Numbered from the stretch's first letter, positions 18,562 to 29,900 are shown. The stretch is 64,000 nt of DNA from an uncultured Verrucomicrobiae bacterium (GCA_963762565.1 CAVXLD010000007.1:224001-288000), one strand, 5' to 3'. Notes: generated from the sequence alone by a model not told the origin. A program made the numbers and translations.

Positions 18562-19772
18562 AGCGCGGCCAAGTCTCCCTCGTTCGCTGCATGAACGGCA
18601 GTTGGGAGCTCTGGAATTTTCCAGCTTCTAAACGAGCGCAATTTGTCCGGAAGATCGACAGCCCGAAAGGGGTAGCCGGCCACGTTGTGGTCGCGCTTCC
18701 TTTGCGGCAAACCGTGAGCTACGCCACCTGGGTGCCAACTGCGGATAGGAAAGTTGTGCCGGAGATGGTCCAAATGCAGCTAGAGAAACGCGGCTTGTTG
18801 CAACGCCAGAGTGTCTCCTCCTCACTGGATGTCCGGATTTTGGAGGTACAGGAGGAAAGATCTCTCGCGCTGGGCATCGTGCTTTTGCCAGACCTGGCAC
18901 CCGAGCTCGCTATGGAGAACGCCATACGCTTTGAGCCAGAGCCATTTACATTACCGCTGCCTCAAGATCGACTCATCGTATGGCGGGAACGTCAGCGTTT
19001 GGCAGTAACCATCAGCCGTGGGCGGGATCCGATCCATTTTCAAACCCTCTCCGCAGAAGAGGTCTCGGACGAGAGCGTGAACGAGATCCGCTGCATCCTG
19101 CTTCAATTGGAATCCCAACACATGATCAACGAATTACTTGGTCTGGCGATTTGGGGGGATTTCACCGATGAAGAAGTGGCGCGGTTGCAACAAGGTCTTG
19201 GTCTCAAGACGTTTCGAGAGTCTGTTCCACCGCCGAGCCTGCCGGCGACGCAGTCCAGATTGGTCCCGCCTCAGGTTTCTGTTCTCCACGAAAAGGCCAG
19301 GCGCCGTCGCCGAGTTCGCCGTATCATAGCCCTGGCTACCGGGCTTTACTTGCTCGGGATTCTGGCGTTCATCGCCTATATTTTTTGGCAGCAAGACCGA
19401 ATCACTCAATTACAAAACCAGTTGAGCGCGGAGCTTCCCACCGTGAGTGCGGTCCAGGGAACGGCGGATCAATGGCGCAAGGTTGAATGGGCGGTCGACC
19501 CTAAGCTCTACGCGGTGGAGCTTTTGCACCAAGTTGCCGGTCTACTTCCTGAAATGGGAATGCGATTGACTTCTTTCCAGATTGAGAAGGGCAAGGTCGT
19601 CCTCCACGGCGAAGCCAGCACCGCAGCGGCGGCTTTCAAATTTAATGAGGATATCAAGCAAAATGCCGCTCTGAAGTTATTTAAATGGGACATGAAAAGC
19701 CCCAGTCTGCGCCCGGATGGTCGAGCGGAATTCATTATAGAAGGAGAACCTACCGTTGCCAAAGTGGAATAA
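18546..19772 (+). CDS. GspL / PilM-PilN-like inner membrane platform protein
   Basis: ATG 18546 (MAGKIERG); cytoplasmic domain, one TM, PilN-like C-terminus. Confidence 0.7.
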   Translation: MAGKIERGQVSLVRCMNGSWELWNFPASKRAQFVRKIDSPKGVAGHVVVALPLRQTVSYATWVPTADRKVVPEMVQMQLEKRGLLQRQSVSSSLDVRILEVQEERSLALGIVLLPDLAPELAMENAIRFEPEPFTLPLPQDRLIVWRERQRLAVTISRGRDPIHFQTLSAEEVSDESVNEIRCILLQLESQHMINELLGLAIWGDFTDEEVARLQQGLGLKTFRESVPPPSLPATQSRLVPPQVSVLHEKARRRRRVRRIIALATGLYLLGILAFIAYIFWQQDRITQLQNQLSAELPTVSAVQGTADQWRKVEWAVDPKLYAVELLHQVAGLLPEMGMRLTSFQIEKGKVVLHGEASTAAAAFKFNEDIKQNAALKLFKWDMKSPSLRPDGRAEFIIEGEPTVAKVE

Positions 19773-20283
19773 GAACGAGAAACGATTGTTCATCTTTCTG
19801 GGGCTGGCCCTCTTTGTGATGGGCACCTTCTATCTGGTCAGCTATCTGCTCGATATTGAATCCGGACTAGCCCTTAAGATCCGGGGCCTGGAAGCGAACG
19901 CCAATACCGACCAGGTCTGGCTCCGAGAAAAACAATTCTGGCTCGACCGAAAGAAGTGGATTGACCAAAAGCAGCCCAAAGTAGCGCCCGGCGGTGTGCC
20001 GCAATCCGAGCTTTTGCAGTCGCTGACCGCGAGCGCTCAGAATCACAAGCTGACCATCCAGGAACAGGGTTTTGCTGACGCTAAGAGCACTGCGAACTAC
20101 CAGGCAGTCGCCGTGCGTTTGAAACTGACCGGCACGCTGGAGGATGTCGTACGCTGGCTGGTGGACGTCCAGCAACCGGATAAATTTCAAGCGGTGACCA
20201 CTTTTTCTTTGAAAAGCCAGGAGAAACCGCCTGCGGTCGATCTGGAATTAGAAGTTGCACGTTGGTACTCGCCTCATGCGTAA
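19756..20283 (+). CDS. GspM/PilO-like protein
   Basis: N-terminal TM, coiled segment, VRLKLTG..DVVRWL; cluster position. Confidence 0.7.
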   Translation: MPKWNKNEKRLFIFLGLALFVMGTFYLVSYLLDIESGLALKIRGLEANANTDQVWLREKQFWLDRKKWIDQKQPKVAPGGVPQSELLQSLTASAQNHKLTIQEQGFADAKSTANYQAVAVRLKLTGTLEDVVRWLVDVQQPDKFQAVTTFSLKSQEKPPAVDLELEVARWYSPHA

Positions 20284-20305
20284 AGAAATAGTAGAGAAGC
20301 AAACC

Positions 20306-21034
20306 ATGCGGAATCTAACCCTAGCCCGCAAAACTCGGACGATGGCCGCGCTTTTGGCCGGGTGCTGGCTGCTGGCGGGAACCGGTCGCTCGGACGATAC
20401 GTTACCGAAAGGGTTCGAAGTTAGCCGTTATCAGTCCGTTTGGGAGCGAAACCCATTTACACTAGTAACCCCGTCGCTCGGACAGGCAGCATCGGCCTTC
20501 TCAAAATTGATCCTGGTTAACTGGCTGCACGACAAGGGAAAGGATATCCTGTTTGTCGAAGATACTGAAACCAACGAGGTAAAAAAGGTCACGAAGGAAG
20601 AGGGCGCAAATTCGGATCAATTACGATTGATCGAGGTCGTGCCCAACAAGAATCCAAGCCTGATTTTTGCGAAGCTGACGAATGGGAGGGAAGAAGGCAT
20701 CGTCAAATTCAAGTTTGATCAGGGGAATACGCAGGCAGTAAATCAAAACCTAGGCATGCCAAGGGTTCCGGGCCAACCCCCCATTGGCCCAAATGGCCGG
20801 CCGTTTGGTAACACGCCGGGCGGCCCGGCGCGTAGAACGCCGCAGCTACCGGCTGGAGTAACCCAGCCGAACTTCCAACAGGCGCCGGCGAATGCTCCCA
20901 ATGCGCAAGAGATTCGTCGCCGACGAATGCTGCCAACGCCAACCCAGAACCTGGTTCCGCAAAACAACGCTCCGCAAGTAAACGGTCAGCCAAATAACAA
21001 TCCGGCTGCGGAATCCGACGACGACGACGATTAA
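20306..21034 (+). CDS. GspC-position protein with a Pro/Gln-rich tail
   Basis: N-terminal hydrophobic segment, YQSVWERNPF, IRRRR motif; directly before the secretin; start uncertain. Confidence 0.55.
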   Translation: MRNLTLARKTRTMAALLAGCWLLAGTGRSDDTLPKGFEVSRYQSVWERNPFTLVTPSLGQAASAFSKLILVNWLHDKGKDILFVEDTETNEVKKVTKEEGANSDQLRLIEVVPNKNPSLIFAKLTNGREEGIVKFKFDQGNTQAVNQNLGMPRVPGQPPIGPNGRPFGNTPGGPARRTPQLPAGVTQPNFQQAPANAPNAQEIRRRRMLPTPTQNLVPQNNAPQVNGQPNNNPAAESDDDDD

Positions 21035-21036
21035 AC

Positions 21037-23448
21037 ATGAAAACATCCCGGCTTCTCCTTCTCGGGCTTCTACTCCCCAGCTTGTGTTGCAGCTCTGGCT
21101 GGGCCCAGGTCAAGACCGACTCAAATCCAGGGGACCCGCCCCCAGTAGGGCCGACCCGGAACCTTGGAGCTCCGATTACCAAGGGAACTCCGGTGACTAC
21201 GGGACCTGGTGTGACTACGGGACCTGGGGTGAGTACAGATCTGAGCTCTGACACCTCGACATTCTCGGCGGTTAACAGTCCCATCACAACGATCTTGCAA
21301 GACTATCAGGAGTTGACCGGCAAGACCGTCATCGAAGATAGCAATCTGAGCGCGAACGCGGTTCCGATCACGATCATGGTTCCTAACCCCGTGCCACGTG
21401 AGCAGTTGGTTCGGTTGATAGAAGCAGCGCTTTTGCTTAACAACTATGCTTTCGTTCCCGGGCCCAGCGAGAACACGGTTAAAGTCATCAATTTGAATAC
21501 CGGCAAGAACCCGCGAAGTGAAGGGGTTCGCCTTTATACCACGCCGGATAGCCTGCCCGAAGGCGAGCAGATTGTGAGTTACTATATGCCGCTGAATTAT
21601 ATTTCAGCGACGGAAGCGCTTTCCGTTTTTCAGACCCATGTTTTACCTCGGGCATATACCGCTTTTGTGCCGGTAAACAGTGCGCAAGCGATCGTGATCA
21701 CCGAGAATACCAGTGTCATTAGAGAGCTGATTGCGCTGAAACAATTAATCGATGTCCCGCCGGCAGCCACGGCCACCGAGTTTATCCAACTGATTCGAGC
21801 AGACGCGGAAAAGGTTACCGACACCCTTAACAAACTGTTGGAAAATTCGCAGAAAGGGACGGGAGGCGCGCAGACCCCGGGTGCTCCTGGCAACGTGCAA
21901 GTCAATTACAACACAGGCAATTCCGGCATCGCCGGCTTACAAGCACAACTCGTTGCGGATGCCAGGACAAATCGAATCCTGGTGGTTACCCGGCCCCAGA
22001 ACATGGGGCAACTGAAGGCGCTGATTGAATCTTTCGACCAAGCGAACCTGGCGGAGAAACCGCTCGAGTACAAGCTTCGATATGTGTCGGCGGGCGATCT
22101 TCTACCGGTGCTCCGTGACCTTTTAACCGAGGAGCCGGAAAAAGGCGGCCAAGGCGGGGCCGGCGGGACGGGTGGCGGCATTAGCGGTGGACAGCAGCAA
22201 CAACAGCAGCCGTCCCAGCAACGATCGATCAGTAGCACTCCGAGCTCAGGCTCAAGCGGTAGTAGCTACGCCGGTGGATACTCTCAAACCAATGCCGCCG
22301 GCGGCGGTAACCAGCAGGGGCAGGATCTGCTTCAGGATCCAAACGAGGAACTCGGGCCGCAGTCGATCGTGGTTGGCAAGACCCGGGTGATTTCCGACGC
22401 GAAAGATAACAAGATCATCGTGATTGGTCCGCCCGAGAGCATCGAAAAAGTGCGCAATCTGCTCGTACGCTTGGATGAGAGGCCACAACAAGTCTACCTG
22501 GCGACCGTCATCGGGAATTTGCAACTCAACGGTGAGACTGATATGGGCGTGGATTGGGCCCAGACGTTTAAGAAGATCTCCGGTGTAAGTAGTGGAATCG
22601 CATCCGCCAACCTCAATAGTAATGTTAACGGACAATCGCTTATCGGTACTAATCCGAATGGTAGCAGCACCACCGGAGTAGTTGACCCGGCGTCGATTCT
22701 CGGTACTGCGATGGTGCCTGGTCTGCAGGGGCTGGCTATCTACGGAAAGATCGGCGACGCGTTAAGTGTATTCATCCGGGCGCTTGATAGCCGGAGCCAC
22801 TTCACGATTCTGGCGCGCCCAGCGGTCTATACAGCAAACAATAAACGGGCGGTGATTTCGAACGGCCAACAAGTCCCCATTCCGGGAACTTCTCTTTCTA
22901 ACGTTCCGACCACGGGGGTCACGGGTACAACCGCGGGCTCGGTCGCTTCAGTAGAATCTACCGTGCAATATGAAGACGTTGAGCTTCGGCTGGAGGTAAT
23001 TCCCCTGATCAACTCGAACAACGAAGTTACCTTAAAGATCGCTCAGATTAATAATACTCTTGGTAACAACGTTAATATTTCTGGAAACGAAGTCCCGATC
23101 ATCAATAGCCAGCGTTTAACTACGACGGTAACGATTCCGAGCGGTGCGACCGTCGTTTTAGGAGGATTGATCCAGGATAATATTCAAAAAACAGATAACG
23201 GAATACCCTATGTGGATAACATCCCGTATCTGGGACATTTGTTTAAATACACCACTCGGATCAAGAACCGGACAGAGCTGTTGATCTTCATTCAGCCCAC
23301 GATTGTGGATAACAACGTCGAAGCTTACCGAGCCAGCTTGAAAGAAGAGAAACGGTCTGTGGTCGGCTCTGAAATGAGCGATCTAGCTCATCCCCCCGAT
23401 TACGCGCAACCCGGGCCCACCGGGAAGAAGCTGAAGAACCAGAAGTAG
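21037..23448 (+). CDS. gspD: Secretin
   Basis: N-domain repeats (ADARTNRI, SDAKDNKI), LDERPQQVYL, VVLGGLI, IPYLGHLFK, RTELLIFIQP. Confidence 0.92.
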   Translation: MKTSRLLLLGLLLPSLCCSSGWAQVKTDSNPGDPPPVGPTRNLGAPITKGTPVTTGPGVTTGPGVSTDLSSDTSTFSAVNSPITTILQDYQELTGKTVIEDSNLSANAVPITIMVPNPVPREQLVRLIEAALLLNNYAFVPGPSENTVKVINLNTGKNPRSEGVRLYTTPDSLPEGEQIVSYYMPLNYISATEALSVFQTHVLPRAYTAFVPVNSAQAIVITENTSVIRELIALKQLIDVPPAATATEFIQLIRADAEKVTDTLNKLLENSQKGTGGAQTPGAPGNVQVNYNTGNSGIAGLQAQLVADARTNRILVVTRPQNMGQLKALIESFDQANLAEKPLEYKLRYVSAGDLLPVLRDLLTEEPEKGGQGGAGGTGGGISGGQQQQQQPSQQRSISSTPSSGSSGSSYAGGYSQTNAAGGGNQQGQDLLQDPNEELGPQSIVVGKTRVISDAKDNKIIVIGPPESIEKVRNLLVRLDERPQQVYLATVIGNLQLNGETDMGVDWAQTFKKISGVSSGIASANLNSNVNGQSLIGTNPNGSSTTGVVDPASILGTAMVPGLQGLAIYGKIGDALSVFIRALDSRSHFTILARPAVYTANNKRAVISNGQQVPIPGTSLSNVPTTGVTGTTAGSVASVESTVQYEDVELRLEVIPLINSNNEVTLKIAQINNTLGNNVNISGNEVPIINSQRLTTTVTIPSGATVVLGGLIQDNIQKTDNGIPYVDNIPYLGHLFKYTTRIKNRTELLIFIQPTIVDNNVEAYRASLKEEKRSVVGSEMSDLAHPPDYAQPGPTGKKLKNQK

Positions 23449-23456
23449 ACTTCGTC

Positions 23457-23575
23457 GTGAGAGGTGAGAAGTGATTAGTGAGAGGTGAGAGGTTGGCACG
23501 GCGCAACCTCGGGCGCCTTGCTCACCAATCATCTATCGCCTCTCACGTCTCACCAATCACTTCTCACCTCTCACC
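23457..23575. repeat. Inverted heptamer repeat pair (GTGAGAG/CTCTCAC) between convergent genes
   Basis: gtgagaggtgagaagtgattagtgagaggtgagagg ... ctcaccaatcacttctcacctctcac. Confidence 0.75.
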
Positions 23576-23583
23576 CGCAGGGA

Positions 23584-24969
23584 CTACTCGGCGTGGAAAT
23601 CCGGCACAGCGCCGGCAACCTTCTTTCCCCGGTGCCAAACGGAGGCGATCTTCTCCGTGTTAGTTATATCGTCCAAAGGATTTGCGGTCAGGACGATAAA
23701 ATCGGCCAGTTTTCCTGGTTGTAAGGTTCCCCGATCTGTAAGCTCTAGCAAAGCCGCTGCTCGGCTCGTCGCGCAGTTAATCGCCTGTAACGGTGTGAGG
23801 CCGCTTGCGACCATCAATTGCAATTCCCGGTGTTCGGCAAACCCAGGGATCCGTGGAGGGATGGCCCCGGAATCAGTGCCGAAGGCAACTTTGACTCCGG
23901 CATCGTAAAGGGCTTTTACATTCGCCTGGTTGGTTGCGACCGCTTTCTTAAAAATTGCGACCCTCGGACTCTTCAGTGTCTTCTCTAAATATGCCGGATC
24001 ACTTAGTTGAGCCTTCAGCGCGGGCTGAAGTGCGTTTTGAAAGAAAGGCTCTTTTGTCCAGGCTGGTTGTTCCGCAAAGATATAGGAACATTCATCCAGA
24101 TTAATAGTGGGGATATACCAAGCCGACCGAGCTTTCATCTCGTCAATGAATTCAGCGTCAACCGGCCGATCGCGGACGCCATGCGCAATGATGTCGACTC
24201 CGGCTCGAAGTACCGCTTTCGCGTCTTCCAGGTAGTAAATGTGAGACGCCACCCGAAGGCCGGCCCGATGCGCCTCATCGATGACCGCGGTATAAATCTC
24301 CGGCTTCATTTTCGGGGAGGTTCCAAGCAAATCGTCGACCCAGATTTTTATGAGATCCGGATGGCCAGCTGCAATCTCTCTGACTGCGGTTCTCGCTTCT
24401 TCGGGGGTTTCGGGCCGATAGAGTTGATCCGCGGTAACCGGTATCATGGCTGCGGGAGGAGCGCCTAACGGAGCACCGATACCACGAAAAGCTCCAAACA
24501 GGTCGGCTCCGGGAGACTTGGCTGCGTGTTGTTCAGCGCGCAGCGGATAAAATAGACTGCCGTTCAATCCTAGGGCTGTGACCGTGGTGACCCCGTACGC
24601 TTCATATTGGCGCAGCTCGCGAAGAATATTTTGGCGATTGTAATTCTCCGGCTTAATCGAGACGCCATCTACAAGCCCAACGTGTGAATGGTCTGAGATC
24701 AGCCCGGGAATAATCGTTTGTCCATGACAATCGATGACGGCAGCATCCTTAGGGAAATTCACTGAGTCAGCTGGTCCAATTGCGGTAATCGTCTCCCCTT
24801 GGATTACCAAGGCGGCATTTTCCAGCGGCGCCTGACCTGTGCCATCAATCAGCCGAGCGCCGATCAAGGCCACAGTGTGGCCGCCTTCCTGAGCGGTTAA
24901 TATCCTGGGTGCGCTTGAGAGTACCCCAAGCAGAAAGCACAGCGGAAAACGACAGATCTTTAAGCACAT
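23584..24969 (-). CDS. Secreted amidohydrolase family protein
   Basis: PGLISDHSH, IIAHG, FGTDSG, GTLQPGKLADFIVL; signal-like N-terminus from ATG 24969. Confidence 0.85.
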   Translation of the reverse strand: MCLKICRFPLCFLLGVLSSAPRILTAQEGGHTVALIGARLIDGTGQAPLENAALVIQGETITAIGPADSVNFPKDAAVIDCHGQTIIPGLISDHSHVGLVDGVSIKPENYNRQNILRELRQYEAYGVTTVTALGLNGSLFYPLRAEQHAAKSPGADLFGAFRGIGAPLGAPPAAMIPVTADQLYRPETPEEARTAVREIAAGHPDLIKIWVDDLLGTSPKMKPEIYTAVIDEAHRAGLRVASHIYYLEDAKAVLRAGVDIIAHGVRDRPVDAEFIDEMKARSAWYIPTINLDECSYIFAEQPAWTKEPFFQNALQPALKAQLSDPAYLEKTLKSPRVAIFKKAVATNQANVKALYDAGVKVAFGTDSGAIPPRIPGFAEHRELQLMVASGLTPLQAINCATSRAAALLELTDRGTLQPGKLADFIVLTANPLDDITNTEKIASVWHRGKKVAGAVPDFHAE

Positions 24970-25319
24970 ACCTGGTGAGTTTGGGGGGATTGAATTCAAG
25001 AATCCGGTCCATCCGAATCCTGCCGCTGAGAACTTAGGCCCATCGAGCATAATTGCTCAAATGATTGTTGGGATGAGGCACATGTACTGACATGAGGTCG
25101 GAGCCTTGGGAAGAGAAAGTAGTCGTCGTCCTACGGCCGCGGAAAGGCTAAACTCTACGCAGTTTTCAGCAAATCCGCTTGCAAGTTCAGCTCCGAAGTT
25201 GTTGTTTTGGCCCGGAAGTCGACTGATTTACTGGTGATCGGCACGGCGAGCGATGTAACCAGGGTCGTCCATAATGCGTTTGGCAGCGACGCGGCAGACG
25301 CTGCTACCAGTTAGGACTT

Positions 25320-26627
25320 ATGCATGATGCATCGAAAAATCCGACTCGGAAGGGGTTGTTTGCGCCAACCAACGTGGTCCTTTTCCTGTTATGTTTGATG
25401 TATCTCCTAACCTATATCGACCGGGTAAATGTTAGTACCGCGTCGAATGTATTCGAAAAGGAGCTCAACCTAAACAAGACCGAGGTCGGCTTCATTTTTT
25501 CGGCCTTTGCCTATCCTTACCTGATCTTTCAGATCTTTGGAGGTTACTTGGGTGACCGTTTTGGTCCGCGAAAGGTGTTGACTATTTGCTCGCTCATCTG
25601 GGCCTTAGCAACAATCTTAACCGGTCTGGTAAACGGTTTTATGGCGATGGTGTTTGCTCGGCTATTGCTGGGTTTCGGTGAGGGAGCGACCTTTCCCACG
25701 GCGACTTCTGCCATGGCCAAATGGACACGTCCGATGGATCGCGGCTTTGCCCAAGGTCTAACTCATTCCTTCTCCCGAGTCGGCAACTCGTTGACACCGC
25801 CCATGGTGGTCGCTCTCATGGCGGTTACGGGTTGGCGTGGTTCCTTCATTATCCTGGGCATCGCCAGTTGTGTCTGGGTTGTCTTTTGGTTCTTCCTATT
25901 TCGCGATAACCCGGCAGATCACCCCAGAATTAGCGAAACTGAGTTGTCCGAGCTACCCCCTTACGTGAACAGCTCGACTAAACTTAGTAGAGTGCCATGG
26001 AAGCCGCTGATCTTGCGGATGTTGCCGGTCACCTTTGTTTACTTCTGTTACGGGTGGACCCTATGGCTCTATCTGAGCTGGCTGCCACAGTATTTTAAGA
26101 ACAAATATTCTCTGGACTTGAAGGATTCGGCGTTGTTTGCGACGGCTGTCTTTTTTGCCGGAGTCATCGGAGACGCGCTAGGCGGAATACTGACTGACTT
26201 TATATTGCGCAAGACTCGAGACCTGCAGATGGCGCGCCGGAACCTAGTCGTCATCTGTTTTCTCTGTTCGCTGGTCTGCATGATTCCGCTATTCCTGCCT
26301 ACGAATCTAACAATTCTATCGCTTTGTCTGGCTGCCGCCTTTTTCTTTGCGGAAATGACCATTGGACCGATGTGGGCGATACCGATGGATATCGCTCCGC
26401 GCTATTCAGGTTCTGCCAGCGGGATTATGAACTGCGGCTCAGCGCTGGCTGCGATTCTTTCTCCGGTAACCTTCGGGTATATTATCGATCAAACCCACAA
26501 TTGGACTCTGCCGTTTGTCGGCTCGATGGCTCTGTTCGCGCTGGGTTCGATTGTTGCTTTCTGGATGAAACCTGATGAGGCTCTTTGGCTCCGGATCCCG
26601 ACGCCCAGTGCGGGGAGTCGAACGTGA
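25320..26627 (+). CDS. MFS transporter (anion:cation symporter type)
   Basis: TYIDRVN, GGYLGDRFGPRK, RLLLGFGEG; about 12 TM. Confidence 0.9.
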   Translation: MHDASKNPTRKGLFAPTNVVLFLLCLMYLLTYIDRVNVSTASNVFEKELNLNKTEVGFIFSAFAYPYLIFQIFGGYLGDRFGPRKVLTICSLIWALATILTGLVNGFMAMVFARLLLGFGEGATFPTATSAMAKWTRPMDRGFAQGLTHSFSRVGNSLTPPMVVALMAVTGWRGSFIILGIASCVWVVFWFFLFRDNPADHPRISETELSELPPYVNSSTKLSRVPWKPLILRMLPVTFVYFCYGWTLWLYLSWLPQYFKNKYSLDLKDSALFATAVFFAGVIGDALGGILTDFILRKTRDLQMARRNLVVICFLCSLVCMIPLFLPTNLTILSLCLAAAFFFAEMTIGPMWAIPMDIAPRYSGSASGIMNCGSALAAILSPVTFGYIIDQTHNWTLPFVGSMALFALGSIVAFWMKPDEALWLRIPTPSAGSRT

Positions 26628-26710
26628 GAAGTGATTGGTGATTGGTGGGGCGGCGCGCTTCGTTCTTGCCCCGGGGTTCGGATACCTAACGGGCTCGCGG
26701 AGTGCAAATC

Positions 26711-26832
26711 GGGGAGGACGCGCGTCCCCGCGCGCCGCGAGGACGTGTGCAACCCCAAGGGTGTATTTTCGTCCGCGGTCATACACGTCCTCGGCTTCGG
26801 TAACGACGGATCGCGAGGACGCGATCCCTCCC
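26711..26832. mobile_element. Family B asymmetric doublet
   Basis: ggggaggacgcgcgtccccgcgcgccg ... cggatcgcgaggacgcgatccctccc. Confidence 0.75.
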
Positions 26833-26940
26833 TGCGAGGGGCCTGCATCAATCCGATCACGAAGCCCCTCGTTCACCTCTTGATTTGACGGGCACCGGCA
26901 TTGCGAGAAATCTAGTTCTGGATCCCTGCCACTGGTTTAA

Positions 26941-29900
26941 ATGGATACTGTCACTCTTTCAGATCACAAGGACGGTGAGCTGCCGCCAAGCTCGCATGCG
27001 GTCAAGATCGATAGCTTTCCTAACGCGGTCGAGCTCCAGAATGAGTTGCGAGAGGTAGTAAAAGGCGAGGTCAGATTCGATGCGGGCTCGCGCGGCGCTT
27101 ACTCTATGGACGCTTCGAATTATCGGCAGGTTCCCATCGGCCTCGTAATTCCTGTCGACGAAGCGGATGTCATTGCTGCCGTCGCCGTCTGTCGAAAATT
27201 TGGAGCACCGGTACTCTCGCGAGGCGGCGGTACGAGTCTAGCCGGTCAAGGCTGTAATGCTGCAGTCGTTTTCGATTTTTCAAAATACCTGAATCGGATC
27301 CTCGAGCTTAATCCGGGACAACGGTTTGCCCGGGTCCAGCCAGGTCTGGTTTTGGATACTTTGCGCGACGCAGCGGAAGAGCATGGGCTTACGTTTGCTC
27401 CTGATCCGTCGACCCATAATCGGTGTACCCTCGGCGGGATGATCGGTAACAACTCGTCAGGGACCCATTCCCTGATGGGTGGCAAAGTGCAGGAGAATAT
27501 AGAGGAGATGCGGGTCCTGCTTTACGATGGGACTATCCTGACCGTTGGCCCAACGGCAGCTCCTGAGCTAAATGAGATTGTTCTGGAGGATGGCCGGCGT
27601 GGACAGATCTACTCCGGGTTAATGCGGCTGCGAGATGAGTACGGGGATTTGGTTCGTGAACGGTTTGCCAAGATCCCGCGCCGGGTCTCCGGGTACAATC
27701 TTGATGAGCTGTTGCGGGGCACACCATTTAACGTTGCCCGAGCCCTAGTCGGTAGTGAAGGCACCTGCGTCATCGTTCTCGAGGCGAAGGTTAGGCTAGT
27801 GCATAGTCCCCGGTACAAGTCGTTAGTTTGCCTTGGTTTCAAAGACATTTTCATCGCGGCGGACCTAGTGCCTGACCTACTTGCTTTCAATCCGATCGCC
27901 CTGGAAGGCTTTGAAGGTGACGTCCTGGCAGTGATGCTCCAGAAAAACATGCAACCGGAGAATATCGCGCTGCTGCCTCCGGGGAACGGCTATTTGTTGG
28001 CGGAATTCGGCGGGGACACACCGGCGGATGCGGATGCGGCCGCAGATAAGTTGGTGGGCTGGCTTCGCGACCGGCTGGACCCGCCCGTCATCAAGGTGAT
28101 CCGGGATCCGGAGGAAGTGAAACGAATCTGGAAGGTGCGAGAATCTAGCAATGGCGGCACCACGATTATTCCAGGGCAGCATTCGATCACTCATGAAGGC
28201 TGGGAAGATGCGGCCGTGCATCCGCGTGTGCTTGGTTCCTATCTTCGCGATTACAAATCGCTGCTCGCTAAATACGGCTACAAAGGCTGGTATTATGGCC
28301 ACTTTGGCGAGGGTTGCGTCCATCAACGAGTGACCTTCGATCTCGAGACCGATCAGGGTGTCCGTCGTTTTCGGAAATTTCTGGAGGAAGCCGCTGATCT
28401 AGTTGGCAGCTATGGCGGCACGATTTCCGGCGAGCACGGTGATGGACACGCACGGGCGTTTCTTTACGAAAAAATGTTCGGTCCCGAGCTAGTAGAAGGC
28501 TTCCGCGGATTCAAGCGGCTCTTTGACCCGGATAATAAGTTGAATCCAGGCAAAGTCATTGATTCATACCCGCCGGAAGCGTTTTTGAAACTCGGCGCCG
28601 ATTATAATCCGGCGCAGCTAGAAACTCATTTTCGATTTCCGGATGATCAAGGCTCGATGGAGAAGGCGACCCAACGGTGTGTTGGGGTTGGCGCCTGTCG
28701 CAAGACCGATGCCGGAACCATGTGCCCGAGTTATCAAGTGACTCGGGAAGAGATCCACAGCACCCGTGGACGCGCGCATCTGCTTTTCGAGATGCTCCAA
28801 GGCGAGTTGCTGCAAGGTGGGTGGCATGACGAACGAGTCAAAGAGTCGATGGACCTCTGTCTCGCCTGCAAAGGTTGCAAGAGCGAGTGCCCTACGAACG
28901 TCGATATAGCTACTTATAAATCCGAATTCCTCTCTCACTATTACGAAGGTAGACCGCGTCCACTGAATCATTACGCTTTTGGATTTATAGATCAATGGGC
29001 GCGACTCGCGTCGCAAGCGCCCAAGCTAGTGAATCGACTGAACGCTTCGGTTGGGCTAAATCGAATCGTCAAGTCCGCGCTGCATCTGGCCGAAGAACGC
29101 AGTGTCCCGAAGTTCGCCGAGGAAACGTTTGTGAGTTGGGTGCGAAGAAAGGCTAGCGGCGCCGTGGAGCGCTGCCTCGCTTGCGAGGCCGATCGGTCGG
29201 AAACGCGAAGCGCCAACGGCAGTGGCGCTAAGCGCAGAGTGGTTCTGTTCGCCGATACGTTTAACAATTATTTTCGTTCGGATATCGCCCGCGCAGCTTG
29301 GGAGGTGTTGAATGATGCCGGGTTCGCTATCGAAGTGCCGCAGGCGCGGCAACATCTTTGTTGCGGACGTCCGCTTTACGATTTCGGATTGCTCAAGTCG
29401 GCGAAAAAGTATTTGGAACGAGTCCTTAACGCACTCGAGCCAGCGGTAAATGCCGGTCTCCCAGTGATCATGCTGGAACCAAGCTGTGCGAGTGTGTTTC
29501 GAGATGAATTGAGAGGCCTTTTTCCGCACCACTGCGTTGCCCACCGTTTGAGGCAACAGACCTTTACCTTGAGCAGCTTTTTACAAACTGGAGCGCAGGG
29601 TTATGAACCGCCAAAATTGCCCGGTAAGAAGGTCTTGTTACATGGGCATTGCCATCACCGCGCCGTGCTGCCCTTCAGTCACGAGGAAGCTTTGATCAAA
29701 CGGATGGGAGTCGAGTTGAAATCGTTAGACAGCGGATGTTGTGGCATGGCCGGCCCGTTTGGGTTCGAGGAAAGCAAATTCAAGATTTCCCAAGCCCTCG
29801 GTGAACGTGTTCTATTGCCTGCAGTGCGAGCCGCGGATCCTGATACTCTGGTCGTGACCGATGGGTTTAGTTGTCGCGAACAGGTCGAGCAGAATACCGG

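Noticed and set aside
21193..21228. 18-bp tandem duplication in the gspD N-terminus
   Set aside because: Ordinary low-complexity linker duplication (VTTGPG x2)
25140..25319. Riboswitch upstream of the MFS transporter
   Set aside because: Some hairpin potential, but no consensus I can match; needs an Rfam scan
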